A stretch of DNA of 64,000 nt from Minisyncoccia bacterium (GTDB lineage Bacteria; Patescibacteriota; Minisyncoccia; Phycocordibacterales; UBA9973): positions 78,118-142,117 of the forward strand of contig JBBRWS010000002.1 of NCBI GenBank assembly GCA_038249055.1, written 5' to 3'. The notes beneath the pieces were generated by a model. That model had not been told where the DNA came from, ran no database searches, and worked only from the letters and a program-made list of their open reading frames with translations. How positions within the stretch are numbered: position 1 is the stretch's first letter; the number at the start of each line of letters is the position of its first letter. This document shows positions 48,279 to 58,520 of the stretch, piece after piece. The position numbers and the translations under genes were made by a program.

Positions 48279-48854
48279 ATGAAAAAAGAAAAAATAGTTA
48301 ATAAGCCAACGGTTGAATGGTTTGACGAGATAACGAAAAATTGTCTTGATATCATTGAATTGAAAAAGAAAGAGTATGGGTCAAGTGTTTGCAAATATAG
48401 ACCTTCCTCTATTACAGATAGAATACTCACTAAACTATCTCGCATTAGATCTATTCAGGAAAAGGGTAAAGCCCGTGTAAATGAAAGTGTGGAAGAAACT
48501 TTGTCGCATACTATTAATTATGTTTTATTTAGACTATGGAGACAGGAGGAAAAAAAGAAAGTAAGAGAAATTAATATATTAAAAATAAGTAAGATTATTA
48601 AAGAGTCCAAGGATATCCTTGAAAGTAAAAATCATGATTATGGTGAAGCATGGAAAAAGATGCGCATATCTTCTATTGTTGATGAAGCTTTGGTGAAAAC
48701 TTATCGCATAGTAGAAATGGAAAAAATGTTAAAGAAAAATTCAAAGCTTATAGTAAAGTTAAATCCTAAAATTCTTGACTCTTTGTTTGATATTACAAAT
48801 TATCTTATTTTTGCAATTATTCATATTAAAGAGGGGAAAGACCCTATGCAGTAG
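48279..48854 (+). CDS. DUF1599 (nucleotide-modification-associated) protein, two repeats
   Basis: KKKEYG...K..RI...NY and KNHDYGEAW...K..RI...D..NY. Confidence 0.78.
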   Translation: MKKEKIVNKPTVEWFDEITKNCLDIIELKKKEYGSSVCKYRPSSITDRILTKLSRIRSIQEKGKARVNESVEETLSHTINYVLFRLWRQEEKKKVREINILKISKIIKESKDILESKNHDYGEAWKKMRISSIVDEALVKTYRIVEMEKMLKKNSKLIVKLNPKILDSLFDITNYLIFAIIHIKEGKDPMQ

Positions 48855-48863
48855 TTTAGGCGT

Positions 48864-49286
48864 ATGAAAATTAAAATTAAAAAATTAAAAGAGGGGATAA
48901 AAATACCAAAATACGCTCATCCTGGAGACGTAGGAATGGATTTATATTCTATGGAAACAGTGATAATAAGGCCTGGCGAACAATATCGTTTTTACCATGG
49001 GTTTGCAGTAGAATTTCCTGTTGGTTATGCTGGTATTATTATGGATAAATCTAGTATTTCAAAAGCGGGGCTTACTAAAATGGGAGGAGTATTTGATGCT
49101 GGGTATCGAGGTGAATACAATACCCATCTTGTAAATCTTGGGAGTGAACCATATACTGTGGAAGAGGGAGATAAAGTTTCTCAACTTGTTATAGTTCCAA
49201 TAGTAATTGTAGAAATAGAAGAAGCGGATATATTAAGTGAATCCTCTCGTGGTATGGGAGCTTTTGGCTCAACTGGTAAAAATTAA
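48864..49286 (+). CDS. dut: dUTP diphosphatase
   Basis: GMDL, FDAGYRGE, SQL, RGMGAFGSTG. Confidence 0.95.
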   Translation: MKIKIKKLKEGIKIPKYAHPGDVGMDLYSMETVIIRPGEQYRFYHGFAVEFPVGYAGIIMDKSSISKAGLTKMGGVFDAGYRGEYNTHLVNLGSEPYTVEEGDKVSQLVIVPIVIVEIEEADILSESSRGMGAFGSTGKN

Positions 49287-49287
49287 T

Positions 49288-51000
49288 ATGAAAGAACAAA
49301 TAGAAAATTTAATAAAAGATGTTTTAAAAAATATTGGAATTATAGAAGATATTTCTTTTAATGTAGAACATCCAGATGATTTTAAAAATGGAGATTATTC
49401 TACAAATATAGCCATGGTTTGTGCTAAAAAGATTAGTAAAAACCCAAGAGAATTAGCTGAAAAAATTGTTGAAGAATTAAATAAAAATCTACCAAAAGAA
49501 ATTGGAAAAGTTGAAGTAGCAGGAGCTGGATTTATAAACTTTTACTTATCACGAGAATTTTTTACTGATAGTGTGAATAAAATTTTAGAAGAAAAAGAAA
49601 ATTGGGGTAAAAGTAATTTACTTAAAAGTAAGAAAATTATGGTTGAGTATACAGACCCAAATCCTTTTAAGCCATTTCACATAGGACATTTAATGACCAA
49701 TGCAATAGGGGAATCAATATCTCGTATTGTAGAATTTTCTGGAGCAGAAACTATTCGTGCAAATTATCAGGGTGACGTAGGTCCTCATGTGGCCAAGGCC
49801 GTTTATGGACTTATGAAGTTTGGTATGCCGGATAAAAATAAGACTGTATCTGAACAGGCTCAGTATATAGGTAAATGTTATTCCGATGGAAGTAATTTAT
49901 ATGATACAGACGAGAATGCAAAAAAAGAAATTGAAGTAATAAATAAAAAAATTTACGAAAGGAGCAATGAAGAAATAAATACTATTTATGATTATGGAAG
50001 AAAAATAACACTTGATGCTTTTGAGGAAATATACAAACTCCTGGGTACTAAATTTAAAGATGGTTGTTCTTTTTTTGAAAGTGTAATAGCTCCAATTGGT
50101 GAAAAAATAGTTCGTGAAAATATTGGTAAAGTTTTTGATGAATCTGATGGAGCGATTGTTTTTCATGGAGAAAATTATGATAAGAAACTTCATACTCGTG
50201 TCTTTATAAATTCTCAAGGATTGCCTACTTATGAGACAAAAGAAATTGGTTTAACTGTTACTAAGTTTGAAAAAGAAAATCCTGATATTTCCATAGTTGT
50301 AACTGCAACAGAGCAAGCTGAATATATGAAAGTAGTGCAGAAAGCTATCTCTTTAATACATCCTGATTTGGAATCAAGAATGAAGCATATTACTCATGGA
50401 ATGATGAAATTTGCTTCAGGAAAAATGTCTTCTAGAAAAGGGAACATAGTTACAGGAGAATCTCTATTACACGATTCAATGAATATTGTTTTTGAAAAGG
50501 TTAAAGACCGTGAGTTAACTGAAATTGAAAAAAAAGAAATTTCAGAAATTGTTGGAGTTTCTGCTTTGAAGTATTCTATACTTAAGTCATCACTCGGTAG
50601 TGATATCGTTTATGATTTTGAAAAATCTATTTCTTTTGATGGAGATTCAGGTCCTTATTTACAATACACAGCAGTACGAGCAAATTCTATAATTAAAAAA
50701 GCTGAAGAATTTAATACTGAAGATAAGAATGAAATACCAAATCAAATTTCGGACTTAGAAAAGTTAATTTATCAATTTCCAGAAGTTATTAAAAATTCCT
50801 ACATTCATCTTGAACCACATCACGTAGCTACTTATCTTACACATCTAGCAAGTAGCTTCAATTCTTTCTATGGAAATACTAAAATTTTAGTTGAAGATAA
50901 TAAATACGCTATTTATCATTTAAAACTTATAGAGTCTTTCTATCAGACCATGAAAAATGGGCTTTGGTTGCTTGGAATAGAAACTCCAGAAAAAATGTAA
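49288..51000 (+). CDS. argS: Arginine--tRNA ligase
   Basis: GDYSTN, PNPFKPFHIGH, KMSSRKG, GPYLQY. Confidence 0.96.
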   Translation: MKEQIENLIKDVLKNIGIIEDISFNVEHPDDFKNGDYSTNIAMVCAKKISKNPRELAEKIVEELNKNLPKEIGKVEVAGAGFINFYLSREFFTDSVNKILEEKENWGKSNLLKSKKIMVEYTDPNPFKPFHIGHLMTNAIGESISRIVEFSGAETIRANYQGDVGPHVAKAVYGLMKFGMPDKNKTVSEQAQYIGKCYSDGSNLYDTDENAKKEIEVINKKIYERSNEEINTIYDYGRKITLDAFEEIYKLLGTKFKDGCSFFESVIAPIGEKIVRENIGKVFDESDGAIVFHGENYDKKLHTRVFINSQGLPTYETKEIGLTVTKFEKENPDISIVVTATEQAEYMKVVQKAISLIHPDLESRMKHITHGMMKFASGKMSSRKGNIVTGESLLHDSMNIVFEKVKDRELTEIEKKEISEIVGVSALKYSILKSSLGSDIVYDFEKSISFDGDSGPYLQYTAVRANSIIKKAEEFNTEDKNEIPNQISDLEKLIYQFPEVIKNSYIHLEPHHVATYLTHLASSFNSFYGNTKILVEDNKYAIYHLKLIESFYQTMKNGLWLLGIETPEKM

Positions 51001-51013
51001 AGAATAATATAGT

Positions 51014-51556
51014 ATGAATATTTTAATCAATGATAAAATAGTAAACTTTACTAAAGATGATTTTCCAATTTTAATTTCAGGAGCCAATAAAACTGGGTCT
51101 TCATTATTTAGTATTACGCTTGTGGCTAATTTATTTAAAAGTGGGAATAAAGTTTTATTTTTAACAGCATATCCTCCCGCTAAAATGGACTTTAGAAATC
51201 AATTGGGGAATTTATTAAATGAAAATGCAATAATTGTAGATTCTGGAGAGGAAAGTGTGTTTGTAAAAAAATTAGAGGAAATAAAAGATTTAGAAAATGT
51301 TATTGTTCTATTGAAAAATATGGAAAATTACAGCACTAAATTATTTGATAAATTAAAAGATAAAAAAATGGTAATTTTTTCTGGGGATATAGACGAGTGC
51401 GTTTTTAGGAATCAATTATCTAATATAGATTTTAAAACAAAAATATTTTTTTCTTATCCTAAAAAAATAAATATAGAAAATAAAATAGAGTTACCTAAAT
51501 ATAATGGGTTGATAATAAGTGAAAAATATAATGGAATAATAAAATTAGAAAATTAG
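51014..51556 (+). CDS. Hypothetical protein (degenerate P-loop-like)
   Basis: ILISGANKTGSS. Confidence 0.6.
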   Translation: MNILINDKIVNFTKDDFPILISGANKTGSSLFSITLVANLFKSGNKVLFLTAYPPAKMDFRNQLGNLLNENAIIVDSGEESVFVKKLEEIKDLENVIVLLKNMENYSTKLFDKLKDKKMVIFSGDIDECVFRNQLSNIDFKTKIFFSYPKKINIENKIELPKYNGLIISEKYNGIIKLEN

Positions 51557-51596
51557 ATTTCTTGCAATTTTAAGATTTTGTAGTATTCTTAGTATA

Positions 51597-51781
51597 TGCG
51601 TTGAAGAGGCCTCGTCCGAGTAATACGGGCAGACATCACCTCTGAGCTTATGGGAAGAAAGCCTTTATTGGTAAGTAGAACCCTCTAAATGAGAAGTAAA
51701 CGAGGTGGTACCACGTGTTTCAATAGAAACTCGTCCTTGTATAGCAATTATTGTAATTGTTGTACGAGGACGAGTTTTTTG
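51597..51781 (+). promoter_or_regulatory. T-box riboswitch (Ile specifier) with intrinsic terminator
   Basis: AGGTGGTACCACG T-box at ~51703-51715; ATC specifier at 51635-51637; AAACTCGTCCT...AGGACGAGTTTTTT terminator; upstream of ileS. Confidence 0.9.
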
Positions 51782-52095
51782 TGTCCCGTACTAAATTTTG
51801 ATTCAATTTATATTACATATATTAAGTTTATCTTTTAAATAAATATTGTATTTATATTAAAAATATATATTGAAAATTTTAGTACGGGGATAGTTTAAAT
51901 TAATAGTTTAGGTACTTCATTAAATATTAAAATTTTTCAAGTCCTCGGATGAGGGAGGACGAGGGGCCAGACCATTCAAAATTTTATATTTAATTACGTA
52001 CCGATTTAACCAGTAGTTGATTCAATTAATGATTCTGATGAATTGTTTATTGAATAAGATTTTTTATAAATAATTTGTTAAGTTTAATAAAATAT

Positions 52096-55000
52096 ATGGA
52101 CGAAAAAAACCCAAAAACTAATAGTGCACTTAGAGAAGAAGAAGTTTTAAAATTTTGGAAAGAGAATGAAATTTTTAAAAAGAGTTTAGAAAAAGATTCT
52201 CCTAAGGGTGAATATGTTTTTTATGAAGGGCCACCTACTGCAAATGGGAAACCAGGAATCCATCATTTAGAAGCTCGTGCTTTTAAGGATGCTATCCCTC
52301 GATATAAAACAATGAAAGGATATCATGTTGGAAGAAAAGGTGGGTGGGATACTCACGGTCTTCCTGTGGAACTTCAGGTAGAAAAAAAATTAGGTCTATC
52401 TTCAAAAAAAGCTATTGAAGAATATGGGGTTGCTAAATTTAATAAAGAATGTAAAGAAAGTGTGTGGGAATATACTGATCTATGGGAAAAATTTACCGAG
52501 AGAATTGGTTTTTGGGTTGATCAAGAAAATCCATACGTTACATATCATAATGATTACATTGAATCAGTTTGGAATGTTATTAAAGAAGCAAATAAACAAG
52601 ATTTACTTTATAAGGATTATAAAGTTGTACCTTGGTGTCCTAGGTGTGGAACAGGTCTTTCTTCTCACGAGCTTGCTCAAGGGTATGTTGATGTAAAAGA
52701 TTTATCAATATATGCAAAGTTTAAAATCAAAGGGAAAGAAAATACTTATATTCTTGCCTGGACCACAACTCCATGGACTCTTCCAGGAAATGTAGCCTTG
52801 GCTGTCGGTGAGAAAATAATGTATGTAAAAGTGAAAGCGGGGGAAGATTTTTATATTTTAGCTGAATCTCGATATCCATTTGTATCCCAGGAGTATCAAA
52901 TTGTTGAGAAAATAAAAGGTGAAGATTTAATTGGTTTGCAATATGAACCACTTTATCCTTATCTTGAAAATATAATTTCTGATTCTGAAAAACCTAAACT
53001 AGAAAAAGCTTATAAGATTTATAATGCAGATTTTGTGACAACTGAAGATGGAACAGGAGTGGTGCACACAGCTGTAATGTACGGGCAAGATGATTTTGAA
53101 TTAGGAAATAAAATTGGTTTACCAAAACATCATTTGGTAGGTCTTGATGGAAAGTTCTTAGCGGGGACGGGATTTTTAGAAGGACGATTTGTTAGAGACG
53201 AAGAAGTGGCTGTAGATATTATAAAGGATTTGGCTCATAGAGGTTTTCTCTTTAAAAAAGAAAAATATGAACACTCCTATCCACATTGTTGGCGTTGTAA
53301 AACAGCACTTATATATTATGCTCGGGATTCTTGGTACATAAGGATGTCTTCACTTAGGGATAAACTTATTAAAGAAAATGAAAATATAAATTGGGAACCT
53401 TCTCATATAAAAGAAGGACGTTTTGGTGAATGGTTAAAAGATATTAAAGATTGGGCAATTTCTAGAGAAAGATATTGGGGAACTCCACTTCCTGTTTGGT
53501 CCTGTTTGGAATGTAAAAAAATGGAGGTACTTGGAAGTATTGAAGATATTAAATCTAAAACCAAAAAATCTGGAAATAAATACTTTATAATGAGACACGG
53601 GGAAACTGAATGTAATATAAGAGGGGAAGTAAGTGATACTGTAAATAATGATGATAAATTAACTAAACTTGGCCGTGAGCAAGTTTTAAACTCTGTAAAA
53701 GGATTAAAGAAAAAAAATATTGACCTAATAATCATTTCTCCTTTTGTGAGAACAAAAGAAACTGTCGATATCTTAGCTTTAGAGATGGATTTTAACAAAG
53801 ACAATATTTTATTTGATGATAGATTGCATGAAATGTCTGTACCTATGTATGAAGGTAAAAAATGGGAAGATTATCATAATGATTATCCAAAATCAGTAGA
53901 AAACTTTTATAAAGCACCAGAAGGAAATGAATCATATGAAGATGTGAGAAGAAGGTCCATGAGTTTTTTATATGATATTGAAAAAAAATATTCAGGAAAA
54001 AATATTTTGATTATTACTCATGGAAGTCCTGTTTGGTTAATGTTTTCTGAGGTTAATGGTTTAAGTACTTCCGAATCTCTAGGGATAATAGCCAGAGATA
54101 ATAGTTATTGCTATTTAAATAATGGAGAATTTATAGAGCTTCCTTTTGTACCAGTACCTCATGATGAAAATTATAAGGTTGATTTACACAAACCATATAT
54201 TGATGAAATAAATCTAACTTGTGAATGTGGAGGAGAATTATCTAGAGCAAAGGAAGTAATGGATGTCTGGCTTGATTCTGGCTCAATGCCTTTTGCACAG
54301 AGTCATTATCCTTTTGAAAAAAAGGAAATACAATATCCCGCCGATTTTATAAGTGAAGCTGTCGATCAAACCCGTGGTTGGTTTTACACACTTCATGCAG
54401 TCGGAGTTATTATGGGAAGGGGAAATGCATATAAAAATGTAATTTGTCTTGGTTTATTACTTGATGCAAACGGGAAAAAGATGTCAAAATCTGTGGGAAA
54501 TGTTGTAGATCCATGGGCTATGATGGATAAATATGGAGTAGATACAATTAGACTTTGGATGTATTCAGTGAATCAACCAGGGGAGCCAAAAAACTTTGAT
54601 GAAAAAATTATTTCTGAATTACATAACAAAGTTTTTAATTTGCTGTATAACGTTTTAGCTTTTTACGAATTATATAGAGATGAAAAAGTAGAAAATAGAA
54701 AGGAAAAAGTAGAAAGTCAGAATGTTCTTGATCAATGGATTCTAACTCGTCTTGATGAACTTATAATCATAACTACAATAAATCTAGATGATTATAAGCT
54801 TCTTGAACCTGTTCGTGCCATTCGTGAATTTATAGACGATCTTTCTACTTGGTATTTACGACGCTCTCGTGAAAGAATAAAAGAAGGAGATGTTGAAGCA
54901 AAAATTACCTTATATAATGTTTTTAAAATCCTATCTAAATTAATGGCACCTTTTGCTCCATTTACGGCTGAAGATATTTGGCAAAAATTAAGAAATGAAG

Positions 55001-55548
55001 ACGATGAAGAGAGTGTACATTTATCAGGATGGCCTAAAAATGAAGAAAGTAAAAAAGAGGAAATAGAAAAAATTATTAAAGAAATGAGAGAGGTTAGAGA
55101 TGTCGTAACTCTTGGTTTGCAGGCAAGACAAAAAGTTGGTATTCCAGTACGACAACCACTTGGTGAATTACGAATTACAAACTATGATTTAAAAGAAGAA
55201 TATTTAGAAATTATTAAAGATGAGCTAAATGTTAAGATGGTAAAGTTTTTAGAAGATGTTGAACAAAAAATAGAATTGGATACATATATAACAGAGGATT
55301 TAAAAAATGAAGGTCAGTGTCGTGAACTATTAAGAAGTATTCAAGATATAAGAAAGAAAAATGGATTAAATCCAAATGATGTTATAATTCTTAGTATTGA
55401 TACGAATGTGTCTGGACAAGAATTAATAAATAAATTTAAAAAGGAAATAATGAAAGCAGTTAGTGCAAAAGAAATACAAATTGAAGAAAATAATGGAATA
55501 GAGATAAAAATTGATGAATTTGTATTTAAGGTTGTAGTAGAAAAATAA
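52096..55548 (+). CDS. ileS: Isoleucine--tRNA ligase, type 2, with an inserted histidine-phosphatase domain
   Basis: GPPTANGKPGIHH, GWDTHGLP, WTTTPWT, ISRERYWG, KMSKS; RHGE domain insertion. Confidence 0.96.
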   Translation: MDEKNPKTNSALREEEVLKFWKENEIFKKSLEKDSPKGEYVFYEGPPTANGKPGIHHLEARAFKDAIPRYKTMKGYHVGRKGGWDTHGLPVELQVEKKLGLSSKKAIEEYGVAKFNKECKESVWEYTDLWEKFTERIGFWVDQENPYVTYHNDYIESVWNVIKEANKQDLLYKDYKVVPWCPRCGTGLSSHELAQGYVDVKDLSIYAKFKIKGKENTYILAWTTTPWTLPGNVALAVGEKIMYVKVKAGEDFYILAESRYPFVSQEYQIVEKIKGEDLIGLQYEPLYPYLENIISDSEKPKLEKAYKIYNADFVTTEDGTGVVHTAVMYGQDDFELGNKIGLPKHHLVGLDGKFLAGTGFLEGRFVRDEEVAVDIIKDLAHRGFLFKKEKYEHSYPHCWRCKTALIYYARDSWYIRMSSLRDKLIKENENINWEPSHIKEGRFGEWLKDIKDWAISRERYWGTPLPVWSCLECKKMEVLGSIEDIKSKTKKSGNKYFIMRHGETECNIRGEVSDTVNNDDKLTKLGREQVLNSVKGLKKKNIDLIIISPFVRTKETVDILALEMDFNKDNILFDDRLHEMSVPMYEGKKWEDYHNDYPKSVENFYKAPEGNESYEDVRRRSMSFLYDIEKKYSGKNILIITHGSPVWLMFSEVNGLSTSESLGIIARDNSYCYLNNGEFIELPFVPVPHDENYKVDLHKPYIDEINLTCECGGELSRAKEVMDVWLDSGSMPFAQSHYPFEKKEIQYPADFISEAVDQTRGWFYTLHAVGVIMGRGNAYKNVICLGLLLDANGKKMSKSVGNVVDPWAMMDKYGVDTIRLWMYSVNQPGEPKNFDEKIISELHNKVFNLLYNVLAFYELYRDEKVENRKEKVESQNVLDQWILTRLDELIIITTINLDDYKLLEPVRAIREFIDDLSTWYLRRSRERIKEGDVEAKITLYNVFKILSKLMAPFAPFTAEDIWQKLRNEDDEESVHLSGWPKNEESKKEEIEKIIKEMREVRDVVTLGLQARQKVGIPVRQPLGELRITNYDLKEEYLEIIKDELNVKMVKFLEDVEQKIELDTYITEDLKNEGQCRELLRSIQDIRKKNGLNPNDVIILSIDTNVSGQELINKFKKEIMKAVSAKEIQIEENNGIEIKIDEFVFKVVVEK

Positions 55549-55579
55549 TATAAATTATTATTTATTAATTAATAAATAA

Positions 55580-56509
55580 ATGAGCATAAAAGATAAATCA
55601 TATGGTGTAATTCTTGTGCTTCGTAGAAATAAGGACGAAGATAAATTTTTAATATTACACCAAACTGAAGGTCATTGGGGTTTCCCGAAGGGTCATCTTG
55701 AAGTGGGTGAAAACCCTTATGAAGCTGCTCTTCGTGAATTAAAAGAGGAAGCTGGTATCTCTGATATAAAATTAGCAGATTTGCCGAGTTTAATAGAAAA
55801 ATATTCTTTTGAGAAAAATGGGAACCATTATGATAAAGTAGTTGAATATTTTATTGCGTTTACTAAAAATGATGAAGTAACTATTCAAGAATCCGAAATT
55901 CAAAATTATAAATGGGCAACATATGAAGAGGCGCTTGATACTTTAACATTCAATGAAGCAAAGGAATTTCTAAAAATAGCAAAAAAATATATTGACTTGA
56001 AAGGTATTAGTCATGAGTTGGCAGTAATAAATTTAAAAGGTGTTTCGCCTGAGGACTCTGATAAATTACCCATAGTGTACAAAGCTAAGGCAGTTGTAAT
56101 AAATTCGGATAATAAAATTATTTTAATTAATGTTGTTTCAAAAAATAAAATAAGCATTCCAGGTGGTAAAATGGAATATGGAGAAAATATTTATGAAACA
56201 TTAGCTCGTGAGTGCAAAGAAGAAATAGGTTATAATATTTCAATTGCTACATCCTTGGGTTATGCAAAATTATATCGAAAAAAATATATTTCAGTAACGT
56301 TTGTTTTTATTGTTAATACTGTTGGAGAACAGTCAACTCTCTCTTTAATGGAAGATGAAATATTTGAGGGGCATGAAGTTGTGCATAAAGACATAGATGA
56401 GGCATTGGAAGAGATTAATAATTATATTATAGACAATCCAATATCTGCTTTGACTCAAATAGCATTAAAAGAAGCTAAAAAATATATTAATTATGGAACA
56501 ACAAAATAA
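55580..56509 (+). CDS. Tandem double-NUDIX hydrolase
   Basis: FPKGHLEVGE...RELKEEAG and PGGKMEYGE...RECKEEIG. Confidence 0.88.
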   Translation: MSIKDKSYGVILVLRRNKDEDKFLILHQTEGHWGFPKGHLEVGENPYEAALRELKEEAGISDIKLADLPSLIEKYSFEKNGNHYDKVVEYFIAFTKNDEVTIQESEIQNYKWATYEEALDTLTFNEAKEFLKIAKKYIDLKGISHELAVINLKGVSPEDSDKLPIVYKAKAVVINSDNKIILINVVSKNKISIPGGKMEYGENIYETLARECKEEIGYNISIATSLGYAKLYRKKYISVTFVFIVNTVGEQSTLSLMEDEIFEGHEVVHKDIDEALEEINNYIIDNPISALTQIALKEAKKYINYGTTK

Positions 56510-57119
56510 AAAATTAGTCATATTTGATTTTGATGGGGTTCTTGTGAATACTCTTGAATTTTCATACGTTATTCATAAAGAAAAGAATCCTGATCTTACT
56601 TGGAAAAAATTTCAAGATTTTTCTAACGGCAATTTTATAGATGCGATTAAAAGTGCTGAAAGTGAAGGCGGTCACGTTATTCCTAGTAATTTTCAAGAAA
56701 AATATCAGGAACAAATGAAAGAAATTAATATTCATAAGACTTTACATGAAGCAATCTTGGCGTTAAGTGAAGAATATATAATTTCTATTGTCTCCTCAAC
56801 TCATAGTTATTTAATAGATGGTTTTTTAAAAAAAGAAAATCTAAGAGATTATTTTTCTGATATTTTAGGGACCGATGTTAGTAAAAGTAAAATTATTAAA
56901 ATAAATAGTTTACTTGAAAAATATAATATTTCACCAAACAATGCCGTGTTCATTACAGATTCACTAGGGGACATTTTGGAAGCAAATAATTGTGGGGTTA
57001 GATCTATCGGTGTAACTTGGGGAATTCATGGTAGGGAAAATTTAGAAAAAGGTAAACCAATAGCTATACTTGATAATCCAGAGAATTTATTGAGTACAAT
57101 AGATAATGTGTTAAAATAG
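56493..57119 (+). CDS. HAD family hydrolase
   Basis: FDFDGVL, TDSLGD, GVTWG. Confidence 0.9.
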   Translation: MEQQNKKLVIFDFDGVLVNTLEFSYVIHKEKNPDLTWKKFQDFSNGNFIDAIKSAESEGGHVIPSNFQEKYQEQMKEINIHKTLHEAILALSEEYIISIVSSTHSYLIDGFLKKENLRDYFSDILGTDVSKSKIIKINSLLEKYNISPNNAVFITDSLGDILEANNCGVRSIGVTWGIHGRENLEKGKPIAILDNPENLLSTIDNVLK

Positions 57120-57155
57120 ATGTTAGTTATAATTTATTAAATAATTAAAAAATAT

Positions 57156-57728
57156 ATGAAAAGTCCAGAATTTGTTCCAGCAAGTGAAGAGATAAGAGAG
57201 GAAAAAGAGAGGCTTAATAAAGGAGACCCAAAAAGTGATAAAGAAGGAAGACCATTGAAACTTTTTATCCCAAAAGAAGAAATTCCAAACTCAGATATTG
57301 ATGAGGAAGAAAAAATAGTAGATGATATAGATACTAAAAATGTAGAAGAAATAAATGAAAAAATAAGTAGAGAAGAAAAGTTAAAACAACAAATAATAAA
57401 TGATTTAAAGAAAAATGAGAAAATTGGATTTTTACAAAATGATATAGGTGTTGCTCATGTTGGACCTGATTTTGATTATAAGAATCAATCACAAGAATTG
57501 ATTCCTGAGTCAGTAGAGTCTGAATCCGATAATCATCCCTACCGTAAGTCATGGAAACAATCATTTAGTGAATTATTTAAATATGGTAATTTACCAAGAA
57601 AAGATGAGAGAAATACAGGAAGAGAAAAAGATAATCTTAAAACCATGTCAGATTCTCAAAAAGAAAGAAACTCTCGTGAAAAAATTAAAGAAATTATTGA
57701 CAACCCAGAGAATTTTTCAAATAACTAA
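57156..57728 (+). CDS. Hypothetical charged low-complexity protein
   Basis: 190-aa ORF. Confidence 0.6.
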   Translation: MKSPEFVPASEEIREEKERLNKGDPKSDKEGRPLKLFIPKEEIPNSDIDEEEKIVDDIDTKNVEEINEKISREEKLKQQIINDLKKNEKIGFLQNDIGVAHVGPDFDYKNQSQELIPESVESESDNHPYRKSWKQSFSELFKYGNLPRKDERNTGREKDNLKTMSDSQKERNSREKIKEIIDNPENFSNN

Positions 57729-57804
57729 TCACGAATAAATAAAACCCTATACTTTTTAGGGTTTTATTTATTTTATCTGAATGTGTTAAAATAGATGCAT
57801 GAAT

Positions 57805-57919
57805 CCCGTTAGAAACCGCGGTCACGGTTATAATAGGAAAATTAATAAATCATTAAATTTAATTTAAACAATCTCGCATTTATTTGTAAAAATATTAATC
57901 GCGATCTGTTTCTAACGGG
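57805..57919. repeat. Start-codon-associated inverted-repeat element, copy 3
   Basis: ATCCCGTTAGAAAC/GTTTCTAACGGGAT, flanked by ATGAA on both sides. Confidence 0.85.
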
Positions 57920-58486
57920 ATGAAAAAAGTATTTATGATACATGGTTTTAAAGGAGAGCCTAATGGAGGTTGGCGACCTTGGCTTATGGGAGAACTCGCT
58001 CAAAATGAGATTTGGGCTTGTGCTTTACCTATGCCAACACCAGAATTCCCTGTAAAAGATGAATGGGTCAAAAAAATAAGTGAAGAAGTTAAAAGTCCTA
58101 ATGAAGAAATATTTTTGGTTGGACACTCATTGGGAGTGCCTGCAATTTTGCGATATTTAGAAACTTTACCCAAAGGTTCAAAAATTGGAGGATCTATATT
58201 TGTGTCAGGTCCCGTGTTTAAAAAGTTAGAAGGGGGTAATGAATATATAAAGATTTTTTTAAATGAACCTTTTGATTTTGAACATATAAAAAGTGTGTGT
58301 AAAAATTTTACAGTAATACATGGAGACGATGACCCAAATGTTCCAATATCTGATGCCAAATATTTAGCAGAAAATTTATCGAGGAATTTAATTCTAGTAC
58401 CTAACGGAAAACATTTAAATGGTTTAGCTGGAATATATAAATTACCACAAGCATTAGATTCATTATTAAAAATGATTAATACCTAA
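57920..58486 (+). CDS. RBBP9/YdeN family alpha/beta hydrolase
   Basis: IHGF, W.PWL, GHSLG, DDPNV, H. Confidence 0.9.
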   Translation: MKKVFMIHGFKGEPNGGWRPWLMGELAQNEIWACALPMPTPEFPVKDEWVKKISEEVKSPNEEIFLVGHSLGVPAILRYLETLPKGSKIGGSIFVSGPVFKKLEGGNEYIKIFLNEPFDFEHIKSVCKNFTVIHGDDDPNVPISDAKYLAENLSRNLILVPNGKHLNGLAGIYKLPQALDSLLKMINT

Positions 58487-58520
58487 TCACTAAAACCTAG
58501 TCACTAGTAAATAATTTTAT

